Shown one piece after another: positions 12,135-26,733 of a stretch of 64,000 nt of DNA; positions within the stretch are counted from its first letter, which is position 1, and each line of letters begins with the position of its first letter. This stretch comes from Octopus vulgaris (taxonomy: Eukaryota), in contig OX597823.1 in the NCBI GenBank assembly GCA_951406725.2, positions 29,202,001 through 29,266,000 of the forward strand. The letters are read 5' to 3'. Both the position numbers and the translations under genes were made by a program. The notes under the pieces were generated by a model that ran no database searches, was not told where the DNA came from, and was given only the letters and a program-made list of their open reading frames with translations.

Positions 12135-13129
12135 AAGTGGCATTCAAATAAGAGTCACTCGCATGTTTAGTGTGAAATCACCAACATACTCCAATGCCTT
12201 CCCCACAAATATTCTGTGTCATCTCCTTGATTTTTGTATCATTGCCAGAGTAGCTTCTACTCCAAAGAAATCCCTGGTCATGTGTCATCTCATATCAGTC
12301 ACTTCCAGCCTATATGTTTCTCCTCCTTTCGCAGCCCATATAGTATCTTTCCTTAGACTTCGAAGTAACCTTATGCACAGACTTACCTTCCTGAAATATC
12401 CCTTGCACCGGAATTCCCTCTCTCTGCATATATCAATTCTGCAATCATAGAATTGCAGTTATTCAAGAGAAACGTTACCCGCTTTGTTGCTACCGGTCAC
12501 AGTGGATCTGCAAATGATATCACCACGTCCCCGTCCACCAGATTATTCAAATAAAAATTTAATAAAGCCCAAACCAAGATAAACAAGACTGTGTGTGTAG
12601 TTACAAAAGAAAATGGATACTTTTTCAGTACTACACATATTGGGAAATTAATCAAAGGAAGCTAGATGGGAAGTAAACATGCCGAGAAAATGTCCTCCAA
12701 GTCTTTAACGAAATCAATAAAGTAAAAAATGTGGGACAAATAAAACAGAAATGTATCATGACAAAAAGAAATCCCCGAAATCAAAGAACAGCTAAAACAA
12801 GAGACCTCCTTTGAATCGCAAAGAGTCTGTCGTTATAAAAGCGGAAGCGAATATTTGAATGAAACAAAAAATTGACTGCAAGCTAAATCGGAAAATTGGT
12901 AAACAAAAAATTAAAGAAAAATCAATACAGCATAGATAGACTATAGGTAAAAACATTCTGGACGGGGAAGAGATGACCACTGACGACATTGTTTAAAAGA
13001 GTAAGAGTAACAAATAAACAAATGTAGGGATTTATATCAATCGAAGTAGCGAACACGGTCGCAAAAACGAACAACTAGATGATAGTAGGAAATGATAAAG
13101 TTGCAAATTTCTTGTTACGATTCCCTTAT

Positions 13130-13583
13130 TCTTTTATTCTTTCAATCTTTTACTTGTTTCAGTCATTGGACTGCGACCAGGCTGAGACAGAACCTTCAGA
13201 TTCATGGGTTTAGTCCAAGGAACTCTGATCAAAATTTTACTCGAATGAATCCTCAGAGTCATTTGATATTTAAAGTGCCCTATCATAAGGCCGAACGGCT
13301 AAGTGACCGGGACGTAAACACACCAAGATCGGTTGTCAAACTATGGCGGAGGGACAAACACAAGCACACAAACACACATTCATATACTTATATATATACG
13401 ACGGGCTTCTTTCATTTTCCTCTGCCAAATCCACTCACAAGGCTTTGGTAACCCGAGGCTATAGTAGAATACACTTGCCCAAGGTGCAACGTAGGATGAC
13501 TGAATCCAGAACCGTGTGGTTGGGAAGCAAGCGTCTTACCACACAGCCGCTCCTGCGCCTATGAATGTATGTATGCATGTATG

Positions 13584-13640
<57 letters not shown>

Positions 13641-13805
13641 TGACTGGCTTATTTCAGTTTTTGACTACCAGATCTACTCACAAGGCTTTGGTCGGCCCGA
13701 GACTATAGTAGAAGATACTTGCCCAAGGTATCACGCAGTGGGACTGAAACCGAACCATGTGGTTGGGAAGCAAGCTTCTTACCACATAGCCCACTTCTAC
13801 GCCTA
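13130..13805 (-). mobile_element. SINE family A: near-full copy (13130-13560) plus a 5' half (13642-13805)
   Basis: Matches the family A consensus on the minus strand. Confidence 0.75.
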
Positions 13806-13968
13806 TATTCAATAAATACACATAAACAGTAGACAAAAATATAAAACAAATTCTTGAAATGGTTTGCATCAACCAAACAGTTGATACAAGCATTTTATTC
13901 AAAAAGCACCTATATCCTGTCATCAAAAAACTCATAACCTGCTTTCATACAACCTGATAAGGTTTCGT

Positions 13969-15240
13969 TGTTACAATATCTAAGAGACGAAAATAGACAT
14001 CTTGTGTCGGGTGGGGAAGGATAAATGGTGTGGTAAAAGGCCGAATGAATACCTGCAAGGTAGAATATGGCGGATATAATTAAAGCTCAACAAAGGCATA
14101 ATCAAAATTATAGAAGGAGGGACAAGGATTTGAGTATGTTTTGGTTAATAGAAGGCTTTTGAAGTATTCTCCGGAAGCAAATTTCGAAATAAAATTATGA
14201 GTAAGGTAGCATCACTAATAGAAGTGTGAAACATCCTGAATAAATGGTTGTAGAACGACCGTGCGAAAGGAGAGGTGACGAATGAATGGTTCCTTTAATA
14301 CACCACACGGCCGCTTACAATAAAGGCAAAAATGGATAAATGAGTATGAGTGCCAGAAGGAAAAGACGACACAAGCGTAGAATGTTAAGAGAAAGGCTTT
14401 ATTTATGTGTTGGAAGAGTGTGAGTCTGCGTGTGCGACGTAAGTACATATATAATAATAATAATAACAATAGACAGGCGGTCATGCATACATAATGTGTA
14501 TGTGTGTACAAACAAGGGTGTATGCGTGTGAGATAAAATACAGAGCATAGAAAGAGTCTATAACAGGACGCTAGAAGTTCAGATACAATGAAGATAAATA
14601 TCAGTTCGTAGTAAGGTACACAATAGTTGAAAAGCTGTAACAAGAAGTTGTGGCGTAAAAGCAGAGCCGGTTACTGCACGTGTCGTGTAAGAGGTTGTGG
14701 CTACTATGCCGCTACCGCTTACTTGATACAGGAAGATCCTGCAGATAGTGCCTTCTGTTAACTACGGTGAAGTAATTCACAAACAGTGATGAGTTAAACC
14801 TGAGCTTTTGTTGCTGTGTGCGTAGAGATGTTGTTCGCGTCGTTAAGATGAAGGCGGCGGAGATGGAGGTCCTGTATGCTGCTTGACGAAGTGTTGATGT
14901 TTCTCCATGTTGTTGCTGGTGTAGTCGCTGGAACTGGCTGTGTGCTCTGTGTGCTCTGTGGTCAGTGGTTAGACCTTAGAAGATCTAGAACCAAAGACGA
15001 AATACGGTTTTTATAACTAGCTTTTATAGTGACTAGGAGGCTCCAACGGAGAATTTAGATGACTGTGTCACGGGACCTTATCAGAAGGCTGCGATTGGTT
15101 GGGTTGCACATTGGCGCGTAATAGAGCAAGAGACAAATTGCGTCAATACCAACCAATCAGAGTAGTGAACACAACAGGGTCCAAGCGGCCGAAGGTTAGC
15201 TGTTATCTGCTATGTTCGTATTTATGTTATGCATGCCAGA
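13969..15240 (-). mobile_element. Possible LTR-retrotransposon LTR remnant(s)
   Basis: TGTTACA at 13969. The minus strand has a TATAAAA near 15010 and AATAAA near 14400, with CCAAT boxes at 15090-15160. No coding sequence; boundaries uncertain. Confidence 0.3.
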
Positions 15241-15284
15241 GAGAGAGAGAGAGAATTTCACTAGGCGTACGCTACATGGTAAAC

Positions 15285-15645
15285 ATGGGTGAGTGGTTAA
15301 GACGTTCACTTTGCAATGACAAGGTTCCAGATTCAGTTTTATCGCGTGGCACCTTGGGCAAGGGCTTTCTACTATAGCCCCATGCCAACCAATGCCCTGT
15401 GAGATAATTTGGTAGACGGAAACTGTATGGAAGTCTGTTGTATATAAATATGTGTGAGTTTGTGTTTGTCCTCTACTACCACTTGACAACTTGTGTTGAC
15501 TTTTTTAGGTCCCCGTAACTTAGCAGTTTGGCGAAAGGGACTAATTGAATAAGTAACAGGATTTAGAAAATAAGCACCTGTGTCGAGTTGCCCCCACTAA
15601 ACCCTTTAAGGCTGAGCTCCTACATGGCCGAAACAAGTAAAAACA
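15285..15645 (+). mobile_element. SINE family A, diverged full copy
   Basis: gagtggttaag...cgtggcaccttgggcaag...tttggtagacggaaactg...cttgacaac...gtccccgtaacttagc...gaaacaagtaaaa. Confidence 0.7.
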
Positions 15646-16049
15646 ATCGAAATTTGTAAAGATAAATCCCGTCTTTATTAGAAATGCAATATTCCATTGC
15701 ATTTTAGCTGAAATGTTAAATAAAATGGATTCGGATACAAAAACTAAAGTAGAAAAATTTACATGACTCGCTTCAAGTTATACGCTGCAGGTGCTGAACA
15801 GCAATAAACACTTTTGAAGTAGTTACACATTTACTTGGCGAAGTGATATGAAATTCGTATGAGAAAAATGCCCAAGGCTACCTTGAAAAGGGAAAAATTA
15901 ATTAAGGAAGGTAATACCCTCACAAAGAGACAGAGGTAAGAGGATCATATTGCGCACAGATTGGGAATCAATAAATTAGATCGATTACAGTATATAAATG
16001 AAAGAAAAGGTTAGGAATGATATTGGTTGGGAGCTGCTTTGCTCAGGCT

Positions 16050-16472
16050 TTGCTCCCCCCACAGCCGCTGTGAGCTTTGTATCATCTCTATGATGTGGAA
16101 AATATTCCATCAACATTGCCCATCTTTAAAATACGTCCGAGGCTTGGCCTCCGTTCCATCCGTCCACTACAGAAATGTTCGTGTCGTATCGCAACACTAT
16201 TTCAGAACTATTTCACCACAATTGGCCCTGCTCTCTTCAACATCGTGCCAGACACACATAAAGGAGGAAAGTGACTTCACGGCATTCAAACGATCCCTAG
16301 ATAATTACCCCCAACAAATACCAGATAAACCAACCACACCCAGATATATCTCTGAAAACAATATCTCTCTGCTTGAATGAGCTACGGTTCCCCAGTGCTG
16401 ACTGTGTATCTCTTCAATGTGATGCTATTAAATTAGACATGACCTGAGTCAACTTCGGCCAAAACTTATCTA
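16050..16472 (+). mobile_element. CR1/L2-type LINE 3' fragment (old copy)
   Basis: IISMMWKIFHQHCP / HPRLG / GPALFNIVP / FKRSLDNYPQQIPDKP; same family as 39857-40390 and 28733-28930. Confidence 0.7.
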
Positions 16473-17539
16473 TGCTGTAACCTTTTAATCAAAGTATAAC
16501 GTGGGTAGAGGCTGATATCTTAACATTTCTGATGGTCTTAAGTATAAAAAAATTATTAAAGATTTATATAAACCTACTTTCAGAGTATGTTTATAAGCTA
16601 TTGTGTTTAGACCTGGTTTCTATCCTCAAACTGTTCCATTCTGTAAATGCATTTTTTAAAAATAAAGTATTCCGAAATTAGAAAAATCAAACAATCTCGG
16701 TCCCATGAGTATCGGATAATGGAATTTCAAGTGTGTAAAGAAACTGATTGTGGTGATCGTAGTTTTGACGGTGATTTTGGTGAAAGCAGAGACAGTGTTG
16801 ATGATGACGACGGTCGAGATAAGAATGGGAAGAGGATAAGATAGTATCGGTGGTTATAATGGCGACAGGAGCGTTGTGATATGTGATGCTGAGGTGATGC
16901 TGGTATTGTAGTGGTTATACTGGTTGTGGTGGTGAAAGTGACTGTCAAGGTAACCGTCATGATAACATTGATGGCTGTGTATGTGGCTGAAGAGGAAGCA
17001 ATGACAATGCTGCTGATGATGTTGGTGGTTGTGGCGGTGGTGATAGTGGTAGGATAGTTGTGGTAGTGATTGTGATATGGTGCTAGTGGTGGTAGTGATG
17101 GTGGTGGTGGTGGTGGTGGTCGTCGTCGTCGTCGTTGTCGTCGTCGTCATCGTCGCAGTGCTGCTCCTGCCGGGCGGTTGTAGTGATGGTGGTAGTACTA
17201 GTGGTAGTACTAGTGGTGTGGTGACGTGCTGCTGGTTGTGGTGGATGTGTAATGGTGTTGGTGCTAGTAGGTGGTAGTGGCAGCGGCGGTTGTAGTGCAG
17301 ATGCTATTAGTCTAGTGATGGGGCTGGTCAGATGTATCACAAAAACAGGTTACATTGGTGAGAGTCCATCTATTGTACAGCCAGCTTAGAGTTCAAGTGG
17401 TCAAGCTCTTACTCTGGACATTCTAGAACCTTTGGAGTAAGATGTATTTATGTGTGTATGTCCATGTCTGCATATGAGAATATGGGAATGTATATGCTGT
17501 TGTCATTGATGTATTATAACTGCTTCAGATGATTCCTGT

Positions 17540-18378
17540 TTTTAAAGGTTTTTTTTTAAAATCATATGGCTGTGTTATTTTTTTTACCCCGATACTGCAA
17601 CGGTGGGATGGAAACAATGGACCACCTAATCTGTGGGTGTAAGGATTTAACACCTGTAGAGTACAAATCAAGACATGGGAGAGTGGACCGGTATTTACAT
17701 TGGATGATGTGTCGGCATTATAAAATCAAAACTGCTGACAAATGATGCAAGCACCACCCTGAGGCTGTAACTGAGGGAAAAATGTAACTATTCTTTGGGA
17801 CTTCCCAGTATGTACAGACTGGACCATCAAAGCAAACAAACCAGATGTTGTTGTGAAAGACCAAAATAATAAATTCTGCTTATTGATTGACGTTAGCATA
17901 CCCTGTGATCATAATATCTCGGCAAAAGATTTGATAAGCTCGGAAAATATAAAGATTTGTTAATAGAAATCGAAAAGATGCGGCATCTCAAGACAGTTAC
18001 AATACCAGTGGTTATAGAAGCACTTGGAATGATCAAGTGCTTGAAAAGAAAATGATTTAAGAATGACCCCTGGCTTACCATCCATGCAGGAAGTGTAAAA
18101 GATTGTCTTAGCTGCATGTCACATATACTGAGAAGAGCAATGTCGCAGGGATTATTCTTTCTTTTTCCCTCTTTATTTTATTTGTTTACTTTTTTTATTT
18201 TTTACCTTTTCCCCTTTTCTCTTTGTCTTCGCCTCTTTCTTTATCACATGAATTTGTAAATTAACAATGCGGTGTGTTTATTGTAATGGCCTACAAATGT
18301 ATACAGTGCGTTTCTCTGCCCTAAGTGTCAGGAAGACACTCGGTAAGAAATGGAAACAGAAGTGAAATATGATACTTA
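17540..18378 (+). mobile_element. R4/Dong-clade non-LTR retrotransposon, 5'-truncated (zinc knuckle, REL endonuclease, 3' UTR)
   Basis: Frameshifted translation YC...ETMDHLICGC...YKSRH...YLHW...ILWDFPV...KANKPDVVVKD...CLLIDVSIP...KLGKYKDL...IPVVIEALG. The 3' end runs into a (TAA)n tract. Confidence 0.8.
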
Positions 18379-18413
18379 ATAAAAATAATAATAATTGTGA
18401 TAATAATAGTAAT

Positions 18414-18492
<79 letters not shown>

Positions 18493-18817
18493 GCAATATC
18501 ACGACGATAATGATGATTATGATGACGACGACGACGACGACGATGATGATGATGAGGAGGAGGAGGATGATATCAATGATATCAAAGCGCTATGTAGACA
18601 CTAAACTACAAGATGTTCTAGTACCTAGTAACCTATATAGAGCTGTAACATACTAAAGGTGTATTAGTAATGAAAATCGTATAAACTGGAGACATCTTGG
18701 ATTCTGGCTTACTTTAAATTGGTTCTTTTCATTATCAGCAGGCGACATGGAGGTTTATTAATGTTTCGAGCTCTGCACAAACACACACACACACACACAA
18801 ACAGACACGGTGGCGTA

Positions 18818-18872
<55 letters not shown>

Positions 18873-19213
18873 GTATATATATGCATATATACATATATAT
18901 ATATATACATATCTATATATGCAAATATGTATGTATATATGCATGTATGTATGTATATATGTACGTGTGCAAGCATATATGTGAGTGTGTGTGTATGTAT
19001 AGAAGTATATATGTACGTACACACAGTCACAAGCAAGCACAAAGACACATATACACAGCAAATTATATGTGCTTATGTGTATATATATATACACACACAC
19101 ATATGCATATGTATGTATATATATATGTGTGTATGTATATATATAAATAGGTATGTGTATATATATGTATGTATATATATATATATATATGTGCATTTAT
19201 ATAAAAATGTGTA

Positions 19214-19253
<40 letters not shown>

Positions 19254-19470
19254 TATATGTATACATATATATGCATGTATATAGGTAGGTATGTATACAC
19301 GAATATACACGACTATATGTGTATGCATGTAACAATATTACAAGTAAAGAGTATGAAAATTACACAATGTCCACCCAGAGGCTTTCAAAAAACTAACTAT
19401 ATTACATATACAGATTAAAGGCCAGCCATTGAAGCTGCCGCTATTACTGCATCTGCTGCTGTTGCTGCAG

Positions 19471-19527
<57 letters not shown>

Positions 19528-19530
19528 ATG

Positions 19531-19590
<60 letters not shown>

Positions 19591-19748
19591 TTACTGTTCT
19601 GTTTATGTGCTTCTATCTTTAATGAACACAATAGTGATTGTACATTTTTGTCAGATAATTTCAAACTCAAATACTCACATCTGCACAACGTATATGCATG
19701 CAGGCATTCATACACACACACACACGCACATATGCACACACATACACA

Positions 19749-19826
<78 letters not shown>

Positions 19827-20413
19827 CATATATGTATGTATGTATATGCGTGTACCCACATGCATCTATATATATATATAGATATATATGGATATATACG
19901 TATATATGAATACATGTAATACCTACATAAATGCATATGCGTTTATGCAAGCATATCTATATATACACATGCGCATATATGCATATGTTCATATATATTG
20001 CATAAACACATACACACGCACTCAGAGACATGCATTTGTGTACCTGTGTGTGCGTGCGTGTATACAGAACAAATATATGTACATTAAACATACGTATATG
20101 TACAGAGATTGATGTTCTTTACACTTATTACACATATATATATATATATGTATATGTATATATATAAGTATATATATATGTATATATATATATATATTTA
20201 TATATATATACATATATATATGTAATAAGTGTAAAATTGTATATATTGTATATATATATAAAACTACATACACATAAAGTGTATATGTAAATTGCATATG
20301 TAAAATGTGTACATATATATTCCCACAAAGATAGTTATATGCACGAATATAGACATATACACACACATATACAGATTTATATGTATTTATATATGTACAT
20401 GTATGTATGTATG

Positions 20414-20451
<38 letters not shown>

Positions 20452-20781
20452 TATACATTCGTGCATATATGATATAATTATATGCGTACATAAAAAAAAT
20501 TATATAAATTGAAAAGGTAATTTTTGAAACCCTAACCAAAAGCAAAAGAACAAAATAATAAAAAATTAAAAAATGTAACTTAATTATTCCTTCACTGAAG
20601 CACGACGATAATAACAACAGCAATAGCAACAACAACAGCAGCAACAACAGCAACAAAAAAAGCAACAGCAATGAGGAAGAACTAGGAAAGAATACAAAAA
20701 CACCAAATTTTGTTTTTTCCTTATTTTTCTATTACATTATTGTTAATTTGTCTCCATTGATTTTCATTCGTTTATTTGTCC

Positions 20782-20782
<1 letters not shown>

Positions 20783-20858
<76 letters not shown>

Positions 20859-20874
20859 CATCATCATCATCAAC

Positions 20875-20918
<44 letters not shown>

Positions 20919-20971
20919 GATTATTATTATTATTATTATCATCATCATCATTGTCATCATCATTATTATTA

Positions 20972-21018
<47 letters not shown>

Positions 21019-21040
21019 ATTATCATTATTATTATCATAA

Positions 21041-21089
<49 letters not shown>

Positions 21090-21235
21090 CATCATCACCA
21101 TCATCGTCATCATCATCATTATTATCATCATTATTATTATCATTATTATTATTATTGTTATTTTTGTTATTATTATTATTATCATTATTATTATTATTAA
21201 CATTATCATTATTATTATCATAATCATTATTATTA

Positions 21236-21323
<88 letters not shown>

Positions 21324-21330
21324 CATTATT
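20783..21330. repeat. ~550-bp (ATT/ATC)n trinucleotide array
   Basis: Seen directly. The internal variant block taacattatcattattattatcataatc occurs twice (~21015 and ~21198). Confidence 0.95.
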
Positions 21331-21672
21331 CTGTGCTAGTTCTCGATAGCATTAACTTCAGTGGTTCTGATAAGCGTGGCTCATTAGTTTCGTATGCAAG
21401 CTTTTTGCAATGGAATATTACTGACAAGTTATATTGCAAAGTCTTCTCATCACCCACCTCAAAATTCCCGCTGTTTTTTTTACATTTCACAAATTTTACT
21501 TATTTATTTATTTACTTATTTATTTTTATTTAACTATTTATTTGTTTGTTTGTTTTTTGCCTCAAGAATCCTATTTTCTTTTCACTCAAATTTATTTACA
21601 TTGTTGTTGGTTTTTTTTTTTTTGGCTTTCAACCTCAAAAACGAAACACAATAAGTAAAAGAATACCAACAG

Positions 21673-21704
<32 letters not shown>

Positions 21705-21865
21705 GCTGCATCCACAACAACAATACTGACAGTAAGAACAAGAACAACATTTCGAGTAACAAGAAGGAATAAGATAAATTATCCTCCGGATAATTTCAGT
21801 ATAGAGAAACAGTTACGTGAAAATGTCCACGAATCCTTCGTTATCTCAAGCAGTATATAACTTTG

Positions 21866-21908
<43 letters not shown>

Positions 21909-22007
21909 TGGGTGTGTGTGTGAGTTGCCTGTTAGTGTGTGTATGTATACTTCGTTTTTGTATAAGACTCTCCCTTGACTCACCAATATGTATATATATA
22001 TATATAT

Positions 22008-22264
22008 ATCCGTTCTGTCTGTCTGTGTGTCTTCCAGGATCTCAGGTGTCCTCCACCCGATTGCACTCAAATATGATTTGTAGATACCGACGGTATTAGG
22101 GCGAGAATAAGTCTTGCAAAAATTACAAAAATCGATTCCAGGTGAGAATACGATCGATAAAGCCGTGGGAACGTGCAGTTGTACGCGCAAGTACATCTGC
22201 TGTTGCAATTGATACTACGCGTACGCGAGAAAAATGTACGGAAACTGAAACAAGCCCGTCAAAT

Positions 22265-22265
<1 letters not shown>
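22008..22265 (+). mobile_element. Probable non-autonomous Helitron-like element, 3'-truncated
   Basis: 5' (GTCT)n microsatellite followed by ccgattgcactcaaa, an architecture typical of HINE/DINE-1-like elements. It ends at caagcccgtc, before any terminal hairpin. Confidence 0.4.
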
Positions 22266-22360
<95 letters not shown>

Positions 22361-22361
<1 letters not shown>

Positions 22362-23096
22362 ATGAAAATCAGAAATAGCAACGTTTGGAAGCCTTCTTTA
22401 TGCTACTTTCTCGTCACAAAAGTGAATAATTTTTTAATTGAACTGTAACATGTGATGATAAATGGATCCAATACAACAACTGTAAAGGTTCAGCACAATG
22501 GTTGGACAAAGACGAGCCACCAAAACACAGTCCAAAAAGCAAAATTCATCAAAAGAAGCTGATGGAGTGTATTTGGTGGTCTGGCGCAGGTGTGAGCCAT
22601 TATGATTTGATTAAACCTGGCACATCAATCACAACCGAAGTATACTGCAGCCAGATGGACCAAATGATGCAGAAACTTACAAAAAAAAAACAGCCTAGAT
22701 TAGTCAACAGATCCACTCCTATTTTATTGCAAGACAACACCAGATCACACATCGCAAAAATGACATTGGCGAAACTACAGGAATTGGACTTGGAAGTCCT
22801 CCATTATCCACCATACTCACCTGATCTTGCTCCCATTGACTACCACTTCTTCCAGAATTTGGATAACTTTTTGATAATAAAAAAATTTAATTCCGACGAT
22901 GCTGTAAAACAGGCCTTACTGTTTATTGACTCTAGATTGTCAGGCTTTTACAGCTCTGGGCTGGACAAGCTACCGCTGAAATGGCAAAAGTGTATTGACA
23001 ATATGGGTGCATACTTTGATGAATAAAACTATTCCTTGTATTTATAAAACATTAGCAATTTTTTCTTTTCTACAACTTTCATACTTGACGACCTAA
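22361..23096 (+). mobile_element. mariner (DD34D) transposon, 3' two-thirds with right TIR
   Basis: VTCDDKWI...WLDKDEPPKH...LLQDNTRSH...HYPPYSPDLAPIDYHFF...KWQKCIDNMGAYFD. Right TIR ...CTTTCATACTTGACGACCTAA|TA. Upstream stops make it non-functional. Confidence 0.9.
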
Positions 23097-24279
23097 TACA
23101 TTAATCCTGGTGTGTTACTGGTTCTTATTTCATTCTATAATAAAGCACTATCCAACATTAGCGATATTACGCCTAAGAAACCTTTAGAGGTTCCCACTCT
23201 GTTGCAGCCATTTGGACCATGTGTTCGGTTTAAGAAAGAATTCTTAACTCCCAACCGCCCTGGCACTAATTTCAAGGGCTCTGTAGAGTCATTAATAACA
23301 ACCCTCTTTCCTCACTAAAAAGCAGAAAAAATTTAGTACTCTGCTCTTTTTTTTTTATTAGAAGCGAAAGAAACACGAATTTTCATCAAAATCTAATCTG
23401 CACCTCCACTACATTAGGTCCATTCTGGGCCATATATTTCACAATCATTCTTTCTACGTTAGGCTTAAAGCCACTCAGTTTGAAGTCTGAAAAGTGAATA
23501 GTCAGTTCTGACATCAGTATATAATAAGTACTTAGTTTAACAAGCCTGGAAAGACGAAAGAACAAAGCTGAGATTTAAGTGCAAAATGTAACGAGACTTG
23601 ATTAAATACAAGAATATTCACTGTTTGTTATCGAGGCGGATAGGTGTCTGCCTTAGTAGCAAAGAACTACCAAATTACTAATATACAACTCGCAATCTCA
23701 TATCAGACTATTAATCTCATTCTAAACTATTAATTTCATACTAAAAAAATATAAATTGTACATTTTATAGTCTTGTTTTGTTTATCTTTTTAGTACAAAA
23801 CAAAAACAAACACGCATATATGACTGAGTGGTTAAGAGGTAAAGGCAGCCGTCACTCGCAAACGAATATGGCTTGGCAATATGTCGGCAATATGTATAAT
23901 GCCTTCGCTAATTGTTTCAGATGCCTATTTACTCGCAAGCTGACAAAGGTATCCTTACGGTCCCCACACACCTTCACGCAACGGAGGATGTGACAATAGG
24001 AGGGAGAAAGGATTGAAGCAGCACTCCAACCAACTGGATTCATTTAGCTGAGTGAACTGTTGTACGTGAAATGAAATTCCTTGCTCAAATTAACATCTCG
24101 CTTGGTTCAGGAACTGTACCTAACACCCTATAATCAAAAGCCGAACAATCCTAACCACTAGGCCAATTGGTTTCGGGATTCAATCTATATGAGTAGCATC
24201 TTGGTAAAATGTCTTTTATAAAAGCCATGGGTCGACTAATGCACAGTTTATGCGCCGGAAAATCTGAGGAAGCATGTCG

Positions 24280-24391
<112 letters not shown>

Positions 24392-25824
24392 GTGTGTTGT
24401 GTGTGTGTGTTGTGTGTGTGTGTGTGTGTGTGTGTGGTTTTTTATCACTTGCTAATTGATCTTCAACGGTTCATCACGAAGATTCCGATAGATTAAGTAC
24501 TAGTATTACAAAATTAATCAAAATTCCTGGGGTCGATTTAGTCAGTTAAACATCTCGATGCAGTACTCCTGCATGGTCATGTTCCAATGTGTAAAAGGAA
24601 AATAAAATAACTATTTCTACTCTAGGCACAAGGCCCGAAATTTTGGGGAGAGGGATTTGTACCCTAAACAGAAATGAATGAGGATTAGGTTGTTGCACTC
24701 ACGATTGCTAGATCGCTTGATCGCGATTACAATTCCAAGACTGGATTCTGCGTTGTGTTCTTGAACAAAACATTTCATCTCACATTATTCTACGATCACC
24801 TCGACACCTGACGCTCGGCACAATGTGCCGCTTTGATGGCGGGCGTAATTAATGCGCGGCACAAACATTTGATCATTACAAACAAATCATTGTGCAGCTC
24901 GATCGGCAAAAAGCTGAACAATCGTGCTTTGTCTTCGATGGGAGAGTCCATTAAATGTGTATGCGTGTGTGTGTGTTTGTATGTAACTCTTTATCTATGT
25001 AGGTATAGGAGCACTCCGTCGGTTACGACGATGAGGGTCCCAGCTGATACGATCAACGGAACAGCTTGCTCGTGGAATTAACGTGCAAGTGGCTGAGCAT
25101 TCCACAGACACGTGTACCCTTAACGTAGTTCTCGAGGAGATTCAGCGTGACACAAAGACGTACAGTGTTAAAAGAAAAAGAAAAGCACTACATACAGCAA
25201 AACAAAGCAAACGAATTTTCCCGTAGGGAAAACCAATACGATAGATATCGATATTTCGCTGTTATTTCAGCTCACCAGTCCCAACCTCGAAACGAATTCA
25301 AGTCGCTGGTCTGAGATTTACGCTGATAGTTTAAAATCTATTTACTGATGTGAAATAGAGCCGCACAAATAAAATAAAATATTTTTTATAAAAATCAATG
25401 ATGTCACATACTTTATGCGTGTGTTTTGAAATACCACAGCCTGTGAGCGTTTAAATAAAGCATATTTAGTATACGATATCAATTATATGTACATCATTAG
25501 AGCTGCTTCTAACAGAACATTTAATTTTATCTTATATGTGCGGTGCTGCTGACCATCAGCAGATACATTTTACGTTGTTTGAATATATCTCAGGTGAGCG
25601 ATTTTGATACATTCGAGGATAACTCGAGCATACGACACTGATGAGGTGAAATATCGAATTTGTCGTCCATGTTCGCCTTTGGAGAGATTCATTTCGTCTT
25701 GTTATACAGTGTTTTTAATGCACAACGTCTTAAAGAGACTTATGTCTGGATGAAATACCGCAACCTGAAAGTGTTTAAGCAAAACACATACATTAAGTAT
25801 GTGACATCAATAAAACATATACAA

Positions 25825-25996
25825 GGCGCAGGAGTGGCTGTGTGGTAAGTAGCTTGCTAACCAGCCACATGGTTCCGGGTTCAGTCCCACTGCGTGGCAT
25901 CTTGGGCAAGTGTCTTCTGCTATAGCCTCCGGGCCGACCAATGCCTTGTGAGTGGATTTGGTAGACGGAAACTGAAAGAAGCCTGTCGTATATATG

Positions 25997-26027
<31 letters not shown>

Positions 26028-26222
26028 TTGTCCCCCTAGCATTGCTTGACAACCGATGCTGGTGTGTTTACGTCCCCGTCACTTAACGGTTCGGCAAAAG
26101 AGACCGATAGAATAAGTACTGGGCTTACAAAGAATAAGTCCTGGGGTCAATTTGCTCGACTAAAGGCGGTGCTCCAGCATGGCTGCAGTCAAATGACTGA
26201 AACAAGTAAAAGAGTAAAATAG
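25825..26222 (+). mobile_element. SINE family A (tRNA-derived, CORE-like), full-length reference copy with internal (TA)n/(TG)n
   Basis: A box TGGCTGTGTGG, B box GGTTCAGTCCC, CORE-like CTTGGGCAAGTGTCTT, central microsatellite and a (GAGTAAAA)-type tail. More than 12 copies or halves occur in the window. Confidence 0.85.
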
Positions 26223-26425
26223 TATACACTTCATGCTTAAAGCTCCATTGAAGTTATAAGGTGTTACTCCGGCACTCTGCTAAATGGCGTTTAGGTGCTG
26301 TGCAGGATATTCTCTGCAGGAATTTTGCCGTAAATATTGCGCTAGAATTATTGTCAATGTATAAGGATCACTTATGGACTTAATTGTTTAAGGAGAGAAT
26401 AAGCAATATAAATACTATTATACAT

Positions 26426-26482
<57 letters not shown>

Positions 26483-26733
26483 CACACACACAGAATATAT
26501 ACATATATAACAAAGCGCAATAAGATATTCTAAAAATATATTAATATATTAAGATATATTAAATACATAATAATATAGGTGGCCGTAGCAATTGAAACCA
26601 AAATGAGGGTGTAAAATAGTATCTGCAATTGCTAGAAATGAGAGCTAAAATTTGTGACTGTTCGAGTAGACTAACCAATATACTAGAGACAGAATGTATC
26701 ATATATACACATACATACACATATATACATATG

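Noticed and set aside
12140-13030. Complex sequence that may be decayed LINE coding sequence (also 4230-4640, 23100-23460, 48677-48913, 51880-52070, 59748-59985)
   Set aside because: No motif is clear enough to assign by eye; this needs a RepeatMasker or TBLASTX search.
21389-21442. TTTGCAAT...ATTGCAAA hairpin as a candidate pre-miRNA
   Set aside because: The stem is short, the middle pairs poorly, and I recognise no mature miRNA.
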